From: Oikopleura dioica
Taxonomy: Eukaryota; Animalia; Chordata
NCBI GenBank assembly: GCA_907165135.1
Contig: OU015568.1
Span: 10,354,001 to 10,418,000 of the forward strand
Length of the DNA: 64,000 bases
Direction: 5' to 3'
Shown here: positions 44,878-57,131 of the stretch, piece by piece
Numbering within the stretch: the stretch's first letter is position 1
Layout: every line of letters begins with the position of its first letter
Notes under the pieces: model-generated
Database searches by the model: none
The model's input: only the letters and a program-made list of their open reading frames with translations
What the model was told of the DNA's origin: nothing
Position numbers and translations under genes: made by a program

Positions 44878-47258
44878 CTATGAGGAGGATGAGAATTCTT
44901 CGGAGTCGGAAGAATCATCGCCAACTGCAACCAAATCGTCATGGACATCTCTGGGACTGTTGATGAAGTCAATGTAGTCCTTCACTCCTCTTCTGAACTG
45001 TTTCTGGCTCTCTTGAAGCAGCTGTACAACTCGGACGCAGGGAGAGACGTACACTTCGAAGCCGATAACATAGATGTTCGCCGTGAAGGTACTGTTATGA
45101 TCGAAGAAGTACTTATTGAACTTCGAATCTAAAAACATAATTAAAAAAACTTTCGAAGGTTTCGCTCTTACCAATATAAATCTCTCTCATGGGCATAGCA
45201 TTTGTCATCTCGTTTCCGAAGACGAACTGCTTGGCCTTCTTCTTACTATCACGGTACTTCTTGTTCGGGATAATTTCCATCCCAAACTGAGTTTTCCCGG
45301 TGAAATTGTGAGAAGGGTAAGCCTCGAAGAGAATGAGTTCGGTTTCGTCAATGCTCTTCCGGAAAAAGAAAATATTGATCTCGCCCACATCTTTGAATTT
45401 GAGTTGGAAGCGAACTTGAGAGTCCCGAAGAACCTTTTCGACATCGACAGAGATGACTTTCTCCGTAGGAAATTGTCGCTAATGAAAATGAATATTTTTC
45501 CTTAAAAAACAAAATTACCTCTCGTTTCTCAGAAGTCTGCTCGTACTTGAACTCTTTGAGATCGATAACTGGTCCGTAGTCCACAGTAGGCGCTTGATAA
45601 AAAGTCTGCTGCTCTTCATACAATCGCCACTTGAACGCCTCGATTGAACGCTGGACTTTGTCGATATGAGGGGACTTGTTCATCAAGCTTCGTTCCTCTC
45701 TTTTAGTCTTAAAATTTTGTCTTTAGAAGATAAAATTTAAATATTTTTCTACCTCCACGTGAATGACGATTGAAACAATTTTCTCGTATTCATTGAGAAG
45801 ATGCTGATACGCAGGAAGAAGTCGTGGTTCTCGACCTTCGCTTTGGTAGTCATTCTCGTGTGCAAATCCTCGGAAAGTATCCACTGTAGGCTCGACGATT
45901 TCGACCTCCCGCTTCACCGCTTTCACTTCTTTTGGTGGTTCCTCCTTACTCTCCATTGGACCTCTCTGAAATTGAACCGTTGGCAAGGGGGTAAAGTCAC
46001 GAGAATCGTAGTCTGATCGTCGGAAAGCGGATGACTGTGGGCGATGAAATTCTTTCTCGCCCTCCTCTTCCGTGATTCTCGAACTTTCCGCCTTTTTCTT
46101 ATAAAAATTGATCTTTTCTTGTCTGCTCTCGGTCGGCCCATTGTCAATCTTCCTGCGCACTACCGGTACTCGATTCACTCTTCTCGGGATCAAGTTTTGA
46201 CCAAACTTTGGCACGACCGGACTTGCTGGTGGTGTCTTTCTTCGTCGGCTTGGCATCAAGCTTTGGTGCTTTTCGGGTTCTCGCTGAGGAGAAATATCAA
46301 CTTTAGAGACACTAAAATAACATGAAAACTTGTCTGTAAAGAAGCCATTTTACCTTTCACAATAGTCATCGATAGACTCCTCATATTGGAAATTGTCTCT
46401 AAGCGAGCAGACAGATTCAGCGCGAGTGATGGCCGGTTGCGGGGAAGGACCTGCTTCACTATCATCTTGCTCGAACATCTTACTTCCCTCTTCGTTATCG
46501 TCGCTGTCTAATTGCCCCATCATGGAGCAAGTTTCAACGTTTTGAATTCGAGGGTCGATTACAGTTCGCGGGAATTCCAAGTCCGCGATGTTGTCGAAGT
46601 TATAGGTGAAGGTGTTGTTCTCCTTCTTCACCCCAGTGACGTGGGGTCGGCGATTGTTGACGTCTGGTGGACCTACTTCCTCCGTCTCCGATCGTCCTCG
46701 ACCATTCTCAACCTTAGACTCATTTTTCGTGGCTAAGGATACGCGGGAAAGGTCTCCTTCAATCACAGACACAACATCATCCGGTCTTGCTCGGCCACGA
46801 CCGATTCCGGCTCGAATGACTCCACGGCTGAATCCTCCGCGCCCGAGACCTGTTCCTGGAAGGTCATCTCTGTCACTCTTCATGACTCGTCCTCGACCTC
46901 GTCCACGATAACGGCAAGAAGTAACCGTTCGGGTAGATACTGCGCTCATGGCGGTTTCACTCTCGTCGTCAGGGATCTCTGTGACTTGGCTTTCCTCGCT
47001 GGATTCATCCTCGGCAATGGGCTTTTTCATCGCTTCGTAGCGCCGCTCTTGGCCTACAAAATTTGTCATGCAAATACCGTTCAAATAGGATCATAAAATT
47101 ACTCATTCAAAAAACAACCCTTTCAGAAGCTCATAAACAAGAAGGACTTTACCTTCACCGATGAAAGATTGAGCTTTTCTCGCATCCCAGGCCGAGATAG
47201 ACACCGCTGAGGCAGACACCGCCGAGTCCTCTTGAGTAACATTATCGATCGCTGACAT
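44878..47258 (-). CDS. Large disordered protein with GRG/RGG patch and C-terminal MATH/TRAF-like beta domain
   Basis: Six exons from MSAIDNVTQE. RYRGRGRGR...GLGRGGFSRG...GIGRGRAR patch, and a C-terminal beta-rich segment RFQLKF...INIFFFR...FGMEII...KQFVF...FTANIYVIGFEV. Confidence 0.6.
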
Positions 47259-47889
47259 CGTCGCAGACTGCGACTCGCAGTTGAATCTCTAATCTACGCC
47301 GTCTGAAAGTGAAAAAATATTAACTTCTCACCAGTTGGGAAAATTGTGGAGGCAAGGAAAGTAATTTCTATTGGACGAGGAGAAAAAACGAAGCACAAAT
47401 CGTCAGTTGGCTTCGCTCGTGACAAATCTTCGTTTCTCCTGAGAAGTTTCACTTCTTCTTTTTATCAATGATGACTAAGTGCGCACCGTGGAAAGGAATC
47501 TCGAGGCTGAAATTCAACTCTAGAAATCCCCATACGGTATAGGCTATACCACTCGGTCAAAAGCTCGTATCTAGAAGTGATAAAAGAGTTTCAAATCAAA
47601 AGTTCGCCCTAATGGCCCTTTCTTGGATTTTAATCTGTCAGAAGGAAACTAAATTATTCCTAATGAAATGATAGCTTCCTGAAATCTGCTCCCGTAGAAA
47701 GCCGCGTCCCAGCTCATTGTCAATGACAATTTATGCAAAAAGCGATGGCGCAGCTCTCTAACAATGCTCAAAAGGCGGATGCTAATCGGACCGCAAATGA
47801 CAGTCCCTGCTGTCCGGGGGATAAAAACGAAGGAATCTTCAACCCTGCCTGTCCATTGAAGAAAATAAAGCAGCTTTAGTTTTTTTTCG

Positions 47890-50264
47890 ATGAAGCTTTT
47901 AGATTACGTCGCGTTAGGAGCGGCGACTGCGCAGACGCCCGGCTTCAGATTGAACACAGATGAGCTCAGCCTGGATTACGGAGATAGTGAGTATTTGAAC
48001 TTTTTTGACTTGGAACGAGGGAAGAAAAAGAAAGCAGCCAAATACGCAGCTTGGTTGGCGACAAGTAGCCAGCAATACCAGAGCACAACAAAGAAGACAA
48101 CAACGACGAGACGCACAACCAGACCAACAACAACGACATCAACAACTACTACTACCACTTCCACAACCACAACTACAACAACAAGGAAAACAACAACCAC
48201 AAAGAGAACGACTCGACCATATGGAGGATCTTCGGGTTCATCTGGCTACTCCGGATCTTCTGGATCTTCAGGTTCCTTGACATATTCCAGCTCCTCTGGT
48301 TCATCAAATGATTCTGGAAGCAATAACTCAGAGTTTTTCGACGATCGAGATCAGCTTCTTTCGATGATTAACCACATCATTTCGACAGAAGGTGGTCTGC
48401 CAGATCTCGGGCGGCCAGCTACAGACTTTCTCAACTACGGCTGCTGGTGCAACGTCCTCCACGATCGGGATCATGCGCGAAAAGCATTTGGAAAGTCTCT
48501 TGATAGTCTTGATTTGGCTTGTCAGCATTGGGAGCAGTGTCTGAAATGCACACAGATGGACGATACAGACTGTCAACCGTTACTTACAGACTACTCCGTG
48601 CTTTTGGGAACGCAGTCGTCTGGCAGCGCGTATTCTCCCGGATCAACAGCTACAACTAGTTGCGATGGTAATGCGGAAGGTTGTGGTAAATGGGCTTGCC
48701 AATGCGATGCTCGCTTTGCTGCACAGTTCGTCGCCGCGATAAGAGAGGGAGACTTTGATAATGCTAACCTGCACGCAAGTAACCAATGGGATCAATCCGC
48801 CATGTGTGCCTGGACTGGCGATTATGACACTCATGATGAGTGCTGTGGTGAGTATCCAAATCGATTCCCCTTTGCAACAAATTTCGGCCAACGCGCATGC
48901 TGCCACAACAAAACTTACAATACAAACGATGCCATGTGCTGCGCGAACGGACATATTTCAACTACTGGATCATGCTCTGGTGGAACTACATCTTCAACGG
49001 AAGCACCAACGACGCCTACTCCGGAACCAACTACCCAAGAGCCCACTACAATGGCGGAAACTATTTATACAACGACGCCAGGAGTAACTGATACAACAGA
49101 AAGCTTTCCCTTCGAAACTTTCACAACTGAAAAAGATGGAGGATCAAATGATGGAGGATCAAATGATGGATACAACAACCCATACGCACCAGCCGAGCCA
49201 ACAACTTGCCAAGCAACAAATCTCAACATCGTATTCTCGGTCGACATTTCATCTTCAATGGAATCGGTCCGCGAATTCTGGAGCTGGTTCAGAGGCTTCG
49301 TCGGGTTCTTCGACTCGTCCAAGCAGAAGATTTCTATCAACACATTTGCTGATGACTCCGATATCGTCTTGGATCTCGCTCATCACGATGTTCAACACAT
49401 AATGGACACCGTAGAGAATTTACGCAAGCAAGGTGCTTCATCCAGTTCCGAATCACTTCTTCTCAAGGCCCTAAAAACTTCAAGAGTTTCTCTGAAAGGG
49501 CTCGAAGACGAAAACAGCGTAAGTAGGCTTGAATCAGTTTGCCCTAAATCCATAATGTGGACTCGGTTACCCCGCGGTTGTTTTGACCTGAGAATGCGAC
49601 GGTGATGCGATTCGATTAGATCGCGACAAAAATATCTGATAAGTCCTAGACGTCTGATAATTTTTATCTAGGTTGTCATTGTCTTCACTGATGGCTGGAA
49701 CACGGATGCGAAAACTCCAGTTTTTCACGGAGAGGAGGCTTTCAAAGGTAAATAATGTTCTTTCTACGTCCGCTTACCAATAACCCAAATAAGATGGAAT
49801 CAACATGATTTCTGTTGGAATCGGCGAAAAACTGATGAAAGAATATCTTTACACAATTGCAACCGGAAATCAACGAAATGTCTACGAGGTGCAACTCAAT
49901 GAACTTGACTCTGTCACTTCATCACTTCAAAATCAGGTAAGTTTAACCAAATCATTCGAATCCTAGCAAAATACTTGTAGATTTGCTCATCAACAAGCCA
50001 AGAAGTGTTCGATAGTTCCGAAGCATGGACTGGTGCTCGTCCAGACATTATTTATGCAAAGGATACAATCGCCGATTATGCTCAGATATTCGACAAAAGA
50101 GGACGATTACCAAACGGCTACCAAGGTAATAGCCACATTTTTAGAACAATTTATAAGTCCTAGATCTCAACAACGAGTTCCTTCAATGGTACCGAACAGA
50201 AGCGCAGTTCGGAGGGGGCCTCATGATGCGCCGCCTCAACATGACAATGTTCAGTGATTTTTAA
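47890..50264 (+). CDS. Secreted mucin-like / PLA2-like Cys-rich / vWA protein (oikosin-like extracellular protein candidate)
   Basis: Signal peptide, Thr and Ser/Gly runs, FLNYGCWC...DSLDLACQHWEQC...ACQCD, CCGEYPNRFPF...ACC...CC, then vWA IVFSVDISSS...VIVFTDG...ISVGIG. Confidence 0.82.
48080..48310 (+). repeat. Coding low-complexity repeat: poly-Thr (ACN)n followed by Ser/Gly repeats
   Basis: ACAACAACG/ACTACC arrays followed by GGATCTTC units. Confidence 0.85.
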
Positions 50265-50463
50265 ACCACGAGTTCTACGAATACTGGAGATCCATCAAGT
50301 CCAGAAATTCAAGAAATTCTGCATACAACAAAACAACACTGCATGTCTAACTGTACAATATCTTTATATTTTCAATACACTTCATAAAATAATAGGCACT
50401 GATTCGTTCGAGGAACAGGAGAGGTTTTGTTTAGCTTGAGAGTTTTCCGTTTATAAATAGCAA

Positions 50464-52277
50464 TCAATTGAGGCCAATCCCCAAGGACTCTTCTTTGACA
50501 ATGAAAGCGTTGCCATCATGCAGGGCATATGGCGATATCATGGGGTAGGCCGCTTGGTGATAAGGATTTCGCACCGCGGTCCAAGCTTGCTGCTGGTGGT
50601 GAGCTGCAGCCGCCATTTCCATATTGAAGAGTCTATAGAATTTTAGATGGGCTGGATTGGGTTATCTTACTGGGGGAAATCTTTCCCGTTTTTCTTTCGT
50701 CGCCGCCTTGTTGGAGTGTCAGAGCGTTTCATGTCAGCGGGGCGGTGTTTCTGAGATTAGAATTACAATTAAAAAAGACGACAAGGTGCTTACTCCATGA
50801 AGCGACCAGTAAAGCGCGCAGGCATTGCATCCGACTTTGCCAGCAGGATCTGCAGAGCTCTGATCAAAATCCTTGTTTGGATATTTTAGCCGGATATCCT
50901 TCAGGCTTTTGAACTTTCTCCACAAAGTGGTGTTGGAGGTTTTGCAGTTGAAGCACTCCTTTTTGACTTTTTTGTCGCGAGAAGATTTCTGTTGACATTT
51001 CCGGCAAACAAATATCTACAATTCTGTAAAGAGGAGCTTTGAAAATTTGTAAGCTACCTTGTTGTTGGTGGGATCCGGGCTGAAATCCCCCACGTAACCA
51101 CGTGATCCACAGCTCGGACATTGCTCCGTTCGCACAATCGTCGTTTCCTGGCCAAAGTTTTGAATGGAATGGTGGAAGTTGAGCATGTACGGGCTTGCGT
51201 GTGCGAAAGTCTCCTACAAAAGCGGTCATTCTTTTTGATCTGCGTCTATAGAAAGATCTTACATTGGAGAAACTTCCGCTGTAGTTCTGATAGGGCGAGT
51301 AAAAGGCGGAGGAAGCCTGTGTTGCGCGTTCGAAAGAATCCACGTATCTGGGTTATCAACTTTCCCACACTGAATGGTCGGAATTGCAAAAGCAACTCAC
51401 TTTCCTTTCTGAGTGACTGGACTTTCTAACGCCGCTCCTGAGTCGGCGAAGCGAACTGCTGCTGCAGCAGGTTCTCCCGCCAAACCATCGAATCATCGGC
51501 GCTCATGTGAGGCGCGGCCACGACTAACTGATCTTCCACGGCTTTCTCATCTAAATAATCCTGATTAGAATGATTGCGATTTGATGGAATTAGCAATTGT
51601 TGATGTAACTCGAGGAAAACCGAAGGCGAAATTTATTCAACTCATGAATTTTGCTTTAAAACTACGTTTTCGACACGAATATTCCAAGTTTATGATAATA
51701 TTATCGGCTCACCTGAATGCACTTCAACATGAGAAGCTGCTGATACAGCCGATTGTGTAACTTCGTCCTCGTAAATCTGAAGCGATAATGGGTAACAGGC
51801 TAAGGCACGGATCAAAAACTTGAATGTGAGCAAACGAATAAATAAGCAATTACTCCAACTTTCGACAGGTAGGCAGCTGACGGAAGCAGCGCTCACATCC
51901 TGGAACTCAAATTTGAGAACTTCACTTCCTACTTTGTGAGGGGTCACCTTGCCGTATCAATCCAATTGAGCTTTATGGGTCAAAGATTGGATGATTATCA
52001 TGTGAATCTTGTAAAATCGTTGATATAAAATTTTGAGTACCCTAAGAAAACATTTTGCTGATCCCCCTTTTTTCATATTACAACCGGTAACCAAATAAGT
52101 GCACTAGAAATTTTGTCACTTTTCGAAAATTTTTCTCTACGAACAGATAGAATTTAATTTAATTAAATCATAGAAACTGTGCATTTTCGATTCAATTTAA
52201 AATCATTTGCTCATTTAGATAAAATCTTTCTATCTTACCGTGTTTTCTGATATGATTCTGTTCTCAGGCGCGATCAT
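50464..52277 (-). CDS. Atypical GATA-type zinc-finger protein
   Basis: Eight-exon model: CPSC-x20-CRKC, then CFNCKTSNTTLWRK-x28-CNACALYWSLHG|KHRPADMKRSDTPTRRRRKK, and an Ala/His/Gln-rich tail. Confidence 0.82.
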
Positions 52278-52915
52278 ATTTATCTTGAATGATGCTCGAA
52301 AATCAGCTGATGATCTCTTATTGTGCTGGATGATCTGCGGCTATCTGATACTCTGGCAAAGGATCTGGCACTCGCCGGAGGGGGCAATGAGCTCTCCGGC
52401 GCCACACACAACAGCAGCAAAAACAGGTCGCTTTATCAGTAGCGCATGCCCGTCCACATAACGACGATGACGAGTCAGGCTGCCAAAAATGAGTTAGGCG
52501 AATTCCGGGATGATTGAGAATCCAACCTTTTTTAGTTTCGATCGGATTTTTCTTTGAGATTCTGATAAGAAGATAAAATGAATCATAAAGAGTGAGAAGT
52601 TGAAGTTAAGTTAGAGGAATCCTGCTGTCCAGATCTGATAATATTTGTTACTTTGAATAAAAAAATCTTGTGTTTCGAATGACCTTGTTCAACCTGTAAC
52701 TACCCGGTAGGTCCATGCGATAATGCTTAAACATCCGGCAAACGGAGGTTATATCAAGTTATTCAAAAGCAGCGGGAAAGAGGAATTTTCTCATTGACCT
52801 GCTCTTACAGTTTTATTTTTACTGCTCAATTTACTCTAAACGGTTTAGAATAACGCCAATTTTTCCATGATTAAATTACAAGAATTTTTGTTGAAGAAGT
52901 ACCAATTTTATTCAT

Positions 52916-54323
52916 TTATAAAGTATCTGATTTTCCGATAATAAGAAGCCTCACAATATTCCAGGTCGTTTTTGCCATTCCATTCAAAATAACAGGATCG
53001 TACCCGGAAAACAAATCGACATTGTCAAGGATGTAATGAGGGCACTTTCTAAACAACGCGTGATAATCGTATTTACTCATATTCTACTACCTTGATTGCA
53101 TGCATGAGATCGATTGCAGGAGGATTCCAACGAGTCTATCTCCGATGTCTTCCGGTTTCCAGCGATCGTCAGAAGGGTGTTTCTCACACTCAATCAACAG
53201 AAGTGATTCCAAGTGTTTTGACAAGATTAGGCCTGGCTAAGAAGAGATAATTATTTGACGTTTTTAATATTGCTCGATCGGCGATCGCTATTTTTAGAAA
53301 ACAAAATTACAAATATGATAATTAGCAACATTATTATCATAAATCACAATTTATATTTCTACCTCAAGATGTCGTTCGAAAATTGTCTTTAAAATCGCCA
53401 GCACCATTTTTCTGTTTGCATCTTCGAGTAAATTCGTGTACGCCTCAGCGAACGAAAATGCCCAACTGTCTCCAGCGATTCCATCTCTTGATAGAAGCGA
53501 GAATCCTTCAGTCTTGACTGAAGAGACAATTTGGGGAGCTGGCCAAAGTTGACTCTGGGGCCAGTGCTGCGCGGATCTGAATAAGTGCTTATTTATCAAA
53601 TTCAGAACAAGGTCAGATTTCGATTATCAATCGAGAATCTATTATGCCGGGTCTGGTTGCGTCAGTCTACCTGCGAAAATGCAAAAAGGGTTCAAAGCTG
53701 AGAAGCAAAAAGAACATACCTCGGCCACATTCCACCACAGCGAAAGGCTGGAACGATACGGACAATGAATCCATTCCGGATGGTCAAAATCGCTTCTGTT
53801 GCATTTGTGTTGAGAACGACGAGTGAGTTGTACGGGGAGTTCTCCAACGCAGTCATAAGTAGTCCCTAAGAATTGATTTGAAATAAAATCGATTGATTTT
53901 CCTAACCTGGAAGCGCGCGCGAATCTTTCTACTTGATAGATAACCGCTTGCAGTGATAAACTCAACCCACAGGCTCATACTTCTTTTTCTCCCATCGCTA
54001 AAATAATCCCAAAAATGATTCCCATTCATAAATCAACTCGATACCTCAACTTCAACGACGCGCAACCAGGAACGCTACCATCATCGACGAGATTGAAAAC
54101 ACCCATTTGATTGAGATAAAGATGAACTTCCACTTCATGCTGGGAAACAACATGCAATCCTTCTATTCGCCCATCAATTTCCTGGAGATTTCCGACAAAA
54201 CGAGGTTCGCTTTTTTCGACTTCTTTCAAAAGCTCAGAAACGATCTGGATGGATTCTCGGAGGCGGGCAGATGCTGTTTGTTGTTGCGGGAGTACTCTTT
54301 CGTTCCTGTTTTTCGAGTTTCAT
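52916..54323 (-). CDS. MAB21L: Mab-21 family protein (MAB21L1/2 ortholog-like)
   Basis: EVEKSEPRF...YLNQMGVFNLVDDGSVPGCASLKLSDGRKRSMSLWVEFITASGYLSSRKIRARFQ...CEKHP...IGDRLVGILLQ...KCPHY. At least 5 introns. The start codon is unresolved. Confidence 0.93.
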
Positions 54324-55106
54324 AAATTGAAGGAACAACAACTTCAAATTCTACATGCTTCTGAAACTCTAACAAAAATCATTCAGGTTAAACTGGCAAA
54401 TCATATTTTTTCTCTATTTTTCTGATAGTGAGTGTATGTAAAAGTTGATCGAAGTTTGCTTCAGTATGTAATTAGCTGATCGTCGATTAGTTCCCCTCGG
54501 AAATTAACTCATCGGGGAGGCGGCGGTTCTCCTCTTTGTTCTCACTCCCTAATTATCGGACAATACGTTGTATCGCCATGCAAAACTTGATTGATGTGAA
54601 AAAATAAAAAATCTCTGATTTTGGGTGTTTTTTGTAAGAAGTGCCTTTTGTAAATGGTAAACTGACAGTAGGCCGGCCGCATATCTGACAGGAGGTAAAT
54701 TCAGGTAGACAGAAATTCGGTTTGGGCACACGCCGTGATGCCAATGAACGAATAATCGAACGTTAAAACATATTTTATTCAAGGGGCACAACATATTCAG
54801 ATTTCTTTGCTGTTCATAATTATAAAGTTTTTTTACAATATCTCTAGAACATAAATCTATATTGACAATGAGCTTCTTAAAGATTTATTGTTCGACAACA
54901 TGTTTCAGGTAAAATAATCCTTCGATAAACTATTTTTGTCATCCATACAAAACATCTCGCAATCTCTCGTAAATACAGCATAATTTACAATCGTCATGAA
55001 TATGAATAATGAATTCAAGCGTAGATAATTATGCAAACGTTTTAGCTCGCATCAAAAAGGCAATATAATCCAGGTTGGTTTCTTACAAAATATTTTATTA
55101 AAAAAG

Positions 55107-56383
55107 CCATCGAAATTTGAAACCGAAAAAGTTTACTACGCATTTTTGAAAGCGCTGGCATGGACAATTCAAAAGCTCCCAGACACAGCCGCAGTATTTC
55201 TTCTCAGAATAGGTAATTAGAACTTGTTCAAACTTTGTTTTTCTTCAACGAGAATTCAGTAAAGTTCACCTTCACCTTCTTTCCGCATCTCTGTTTTGCG
55301 ATTCTATCATTGATTCCGATTATTGTGCGTTTTTGTGGAAATATCTCGTTCCCAATCTGGCCTTTGCCGGAGATCATTCAATGGAGTCTATCCAGCGCTT
55401 TTGCTCGTGCAGCTGCCGACGAAAATGAACCGGCTCCTTCCACTCCCGAGAAATCTAATCATGCTAGAAAGACAGAACGAGCAGCTGTTCAGGAAAGAAC
55501 TCCGTCAAAAAATGCATCAAGGAAGAAACATTCATCAAATGAGATCCGGTCGCGTATGAGCGCAAGCAGCGTGAAGAAGCACAAACTAGCAATTTCACCC
55601 GTTTCCACCATCAAAATCGATCCTCATGCCCTGAAAGAAAGGATTTCAGATTCCATGGAACTTCCTGAAACACAGCGTAAAGATTCCGCTACCATTATTC
55701 AATCGCTCACGAATCTTGCTGCTAATCTTTTTGGAAACGCAGAGTCAAAGTCATCCGAGTTGATTTCCCCAATCACAAGCGCAGGCGAAGTTTCATCGGA
55801 CCCATCTGTCAAGACATCCTCTTCGGAAGAAGATATCAAGCTTGGGTTATTTTTATAGACTGTCAATATTTTTTGATCTTCTTTAATACAGTCTCTTATA
55901 ATCCAACCACGGTCTGTGAAATCTCAACCAAAGCGATCCAAAAAATCCCGATCCAAGGTCAGCTTCTCATCAGAGACAACTCAAATCTCCGACGACGATA
56001 GAATCTTCCGTGAGAATCCATCCGTAGCTGCCCCCAGACAGAAGCCACAGACGAAGACTCTTTACAAATACACCAATGACGACTCCCAGCAGCATGGAAA
56101 CTGGTTTCCTTCCGCTTCTAGTCGAATAGTAGAGAGCGCCACGTGCTTCGAAAGAGAACGTAAACTTCAAGACAGAATCGAGTTTTTACGAAGCTCGATC
56201 AAGAAAGGCATTGATGGAATGAACAGAGTGCTCGATAATATGCAGCAAGCAAGATACAGAGATCAAGGAAAGGTCCCTTATTCAAATAATCTGCAATTAG
56301 TTATTCTTTCATGACCTCGAAAAGTTCTGAATGGCGAGATTTCCACCGACGAGTATTTTGACAATATCGCTCACATCCATTGA
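55107..56383 (+). CDS. Hypothetical protein with Ser-rich disordered middle and coiled C-terminus; frame breaks unresolved
   Basis: Long ORFs 55235-55858 and 55916-56314 with splice-like boundaries. No family recognised. Confidence 0.45.
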
Positions 56384-57131
56384 TCCTGAAACCCTCTCCT
56401 GCTAGAAAACTAAGACATATTTTACTTTTCTAAGGCACAAAACATGCGCGCTCATTTTATTATCTGGTGACTGTAAATAGCAATAAATAAGTTTTATATA
56501 AACAACTGGCAGTATTTTAGTTTCAGTCGCTTTTTGTAATAAATACATTTTTACAAGTAGTTAGAATAAAATTCAGTTGATGATATTCGCTTGTATAAGG
56601 TGCGCCGGGTATTTCGAAAGCCTAATTCAGAGTAATAAAATTGAAGAATCTTGATAGGAAAGCTGACAATAAGTTAACTAAATAAACGGATGATAAAGGA
56701 TACATTATCAAGCTCAGTATTTGAGGTTTAGGTGCATAAAGGTTGGGCTCCGAAAAGTCGAGCAAAATTCTCGTGATTGAGAGACATTGTTAACGTTTTT
56801 GGGCATAAAGGGTTGAAGACCACGTGGGCTTTCAAAAGTAAACACCTGTAAGTCGGACATACACTAAGCTGGGAACAGTACAATAGAATAAGAAAGCAGC
56901 GGAGAGTAGTTACCGTTTGAACTTAATTGAGGACACGGCAGTACTTTTTTAAAGAGCAATAAAAGCGTAGAAACTTCATGATATCCTGTTTCGGTGCAAG
57001 AGAAAATCGCCATCAAGGAAGTGATTCTTCCTTGATTGCACGATGGCGTAAATGCGGATATGCTGAAGAGGAGATGGCATTGTGAAAGAAAGGAAAAAAT
57101 AAAGGGAAAGATAACTGAAACGAAAGTAAGG

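Noticed and set aside
48080-48210. ACA/ACT tandem array as a CRISPR or satellite
   Set aside because: It encodes the poly-Thr mucin stalk, has no spacer structure, and the DNA is eukaryotic.
52081-52135. GTGCACTA / GTCACTTTTCGA motifs similar to the hAT subterminal repeats
   Set aside because: No TIR or TSD, and too short to call an element.
52318-52800. Possible small gene (CFCCCCVW exon) between MAB21 and the GATA gene
   Set aside because: No consistent start or splice path found.
54549-54794. Short minus-strand ORFs with a CQIC motif
   Set aside because: No second Cys pair or recognisable family, and no clear splicing.
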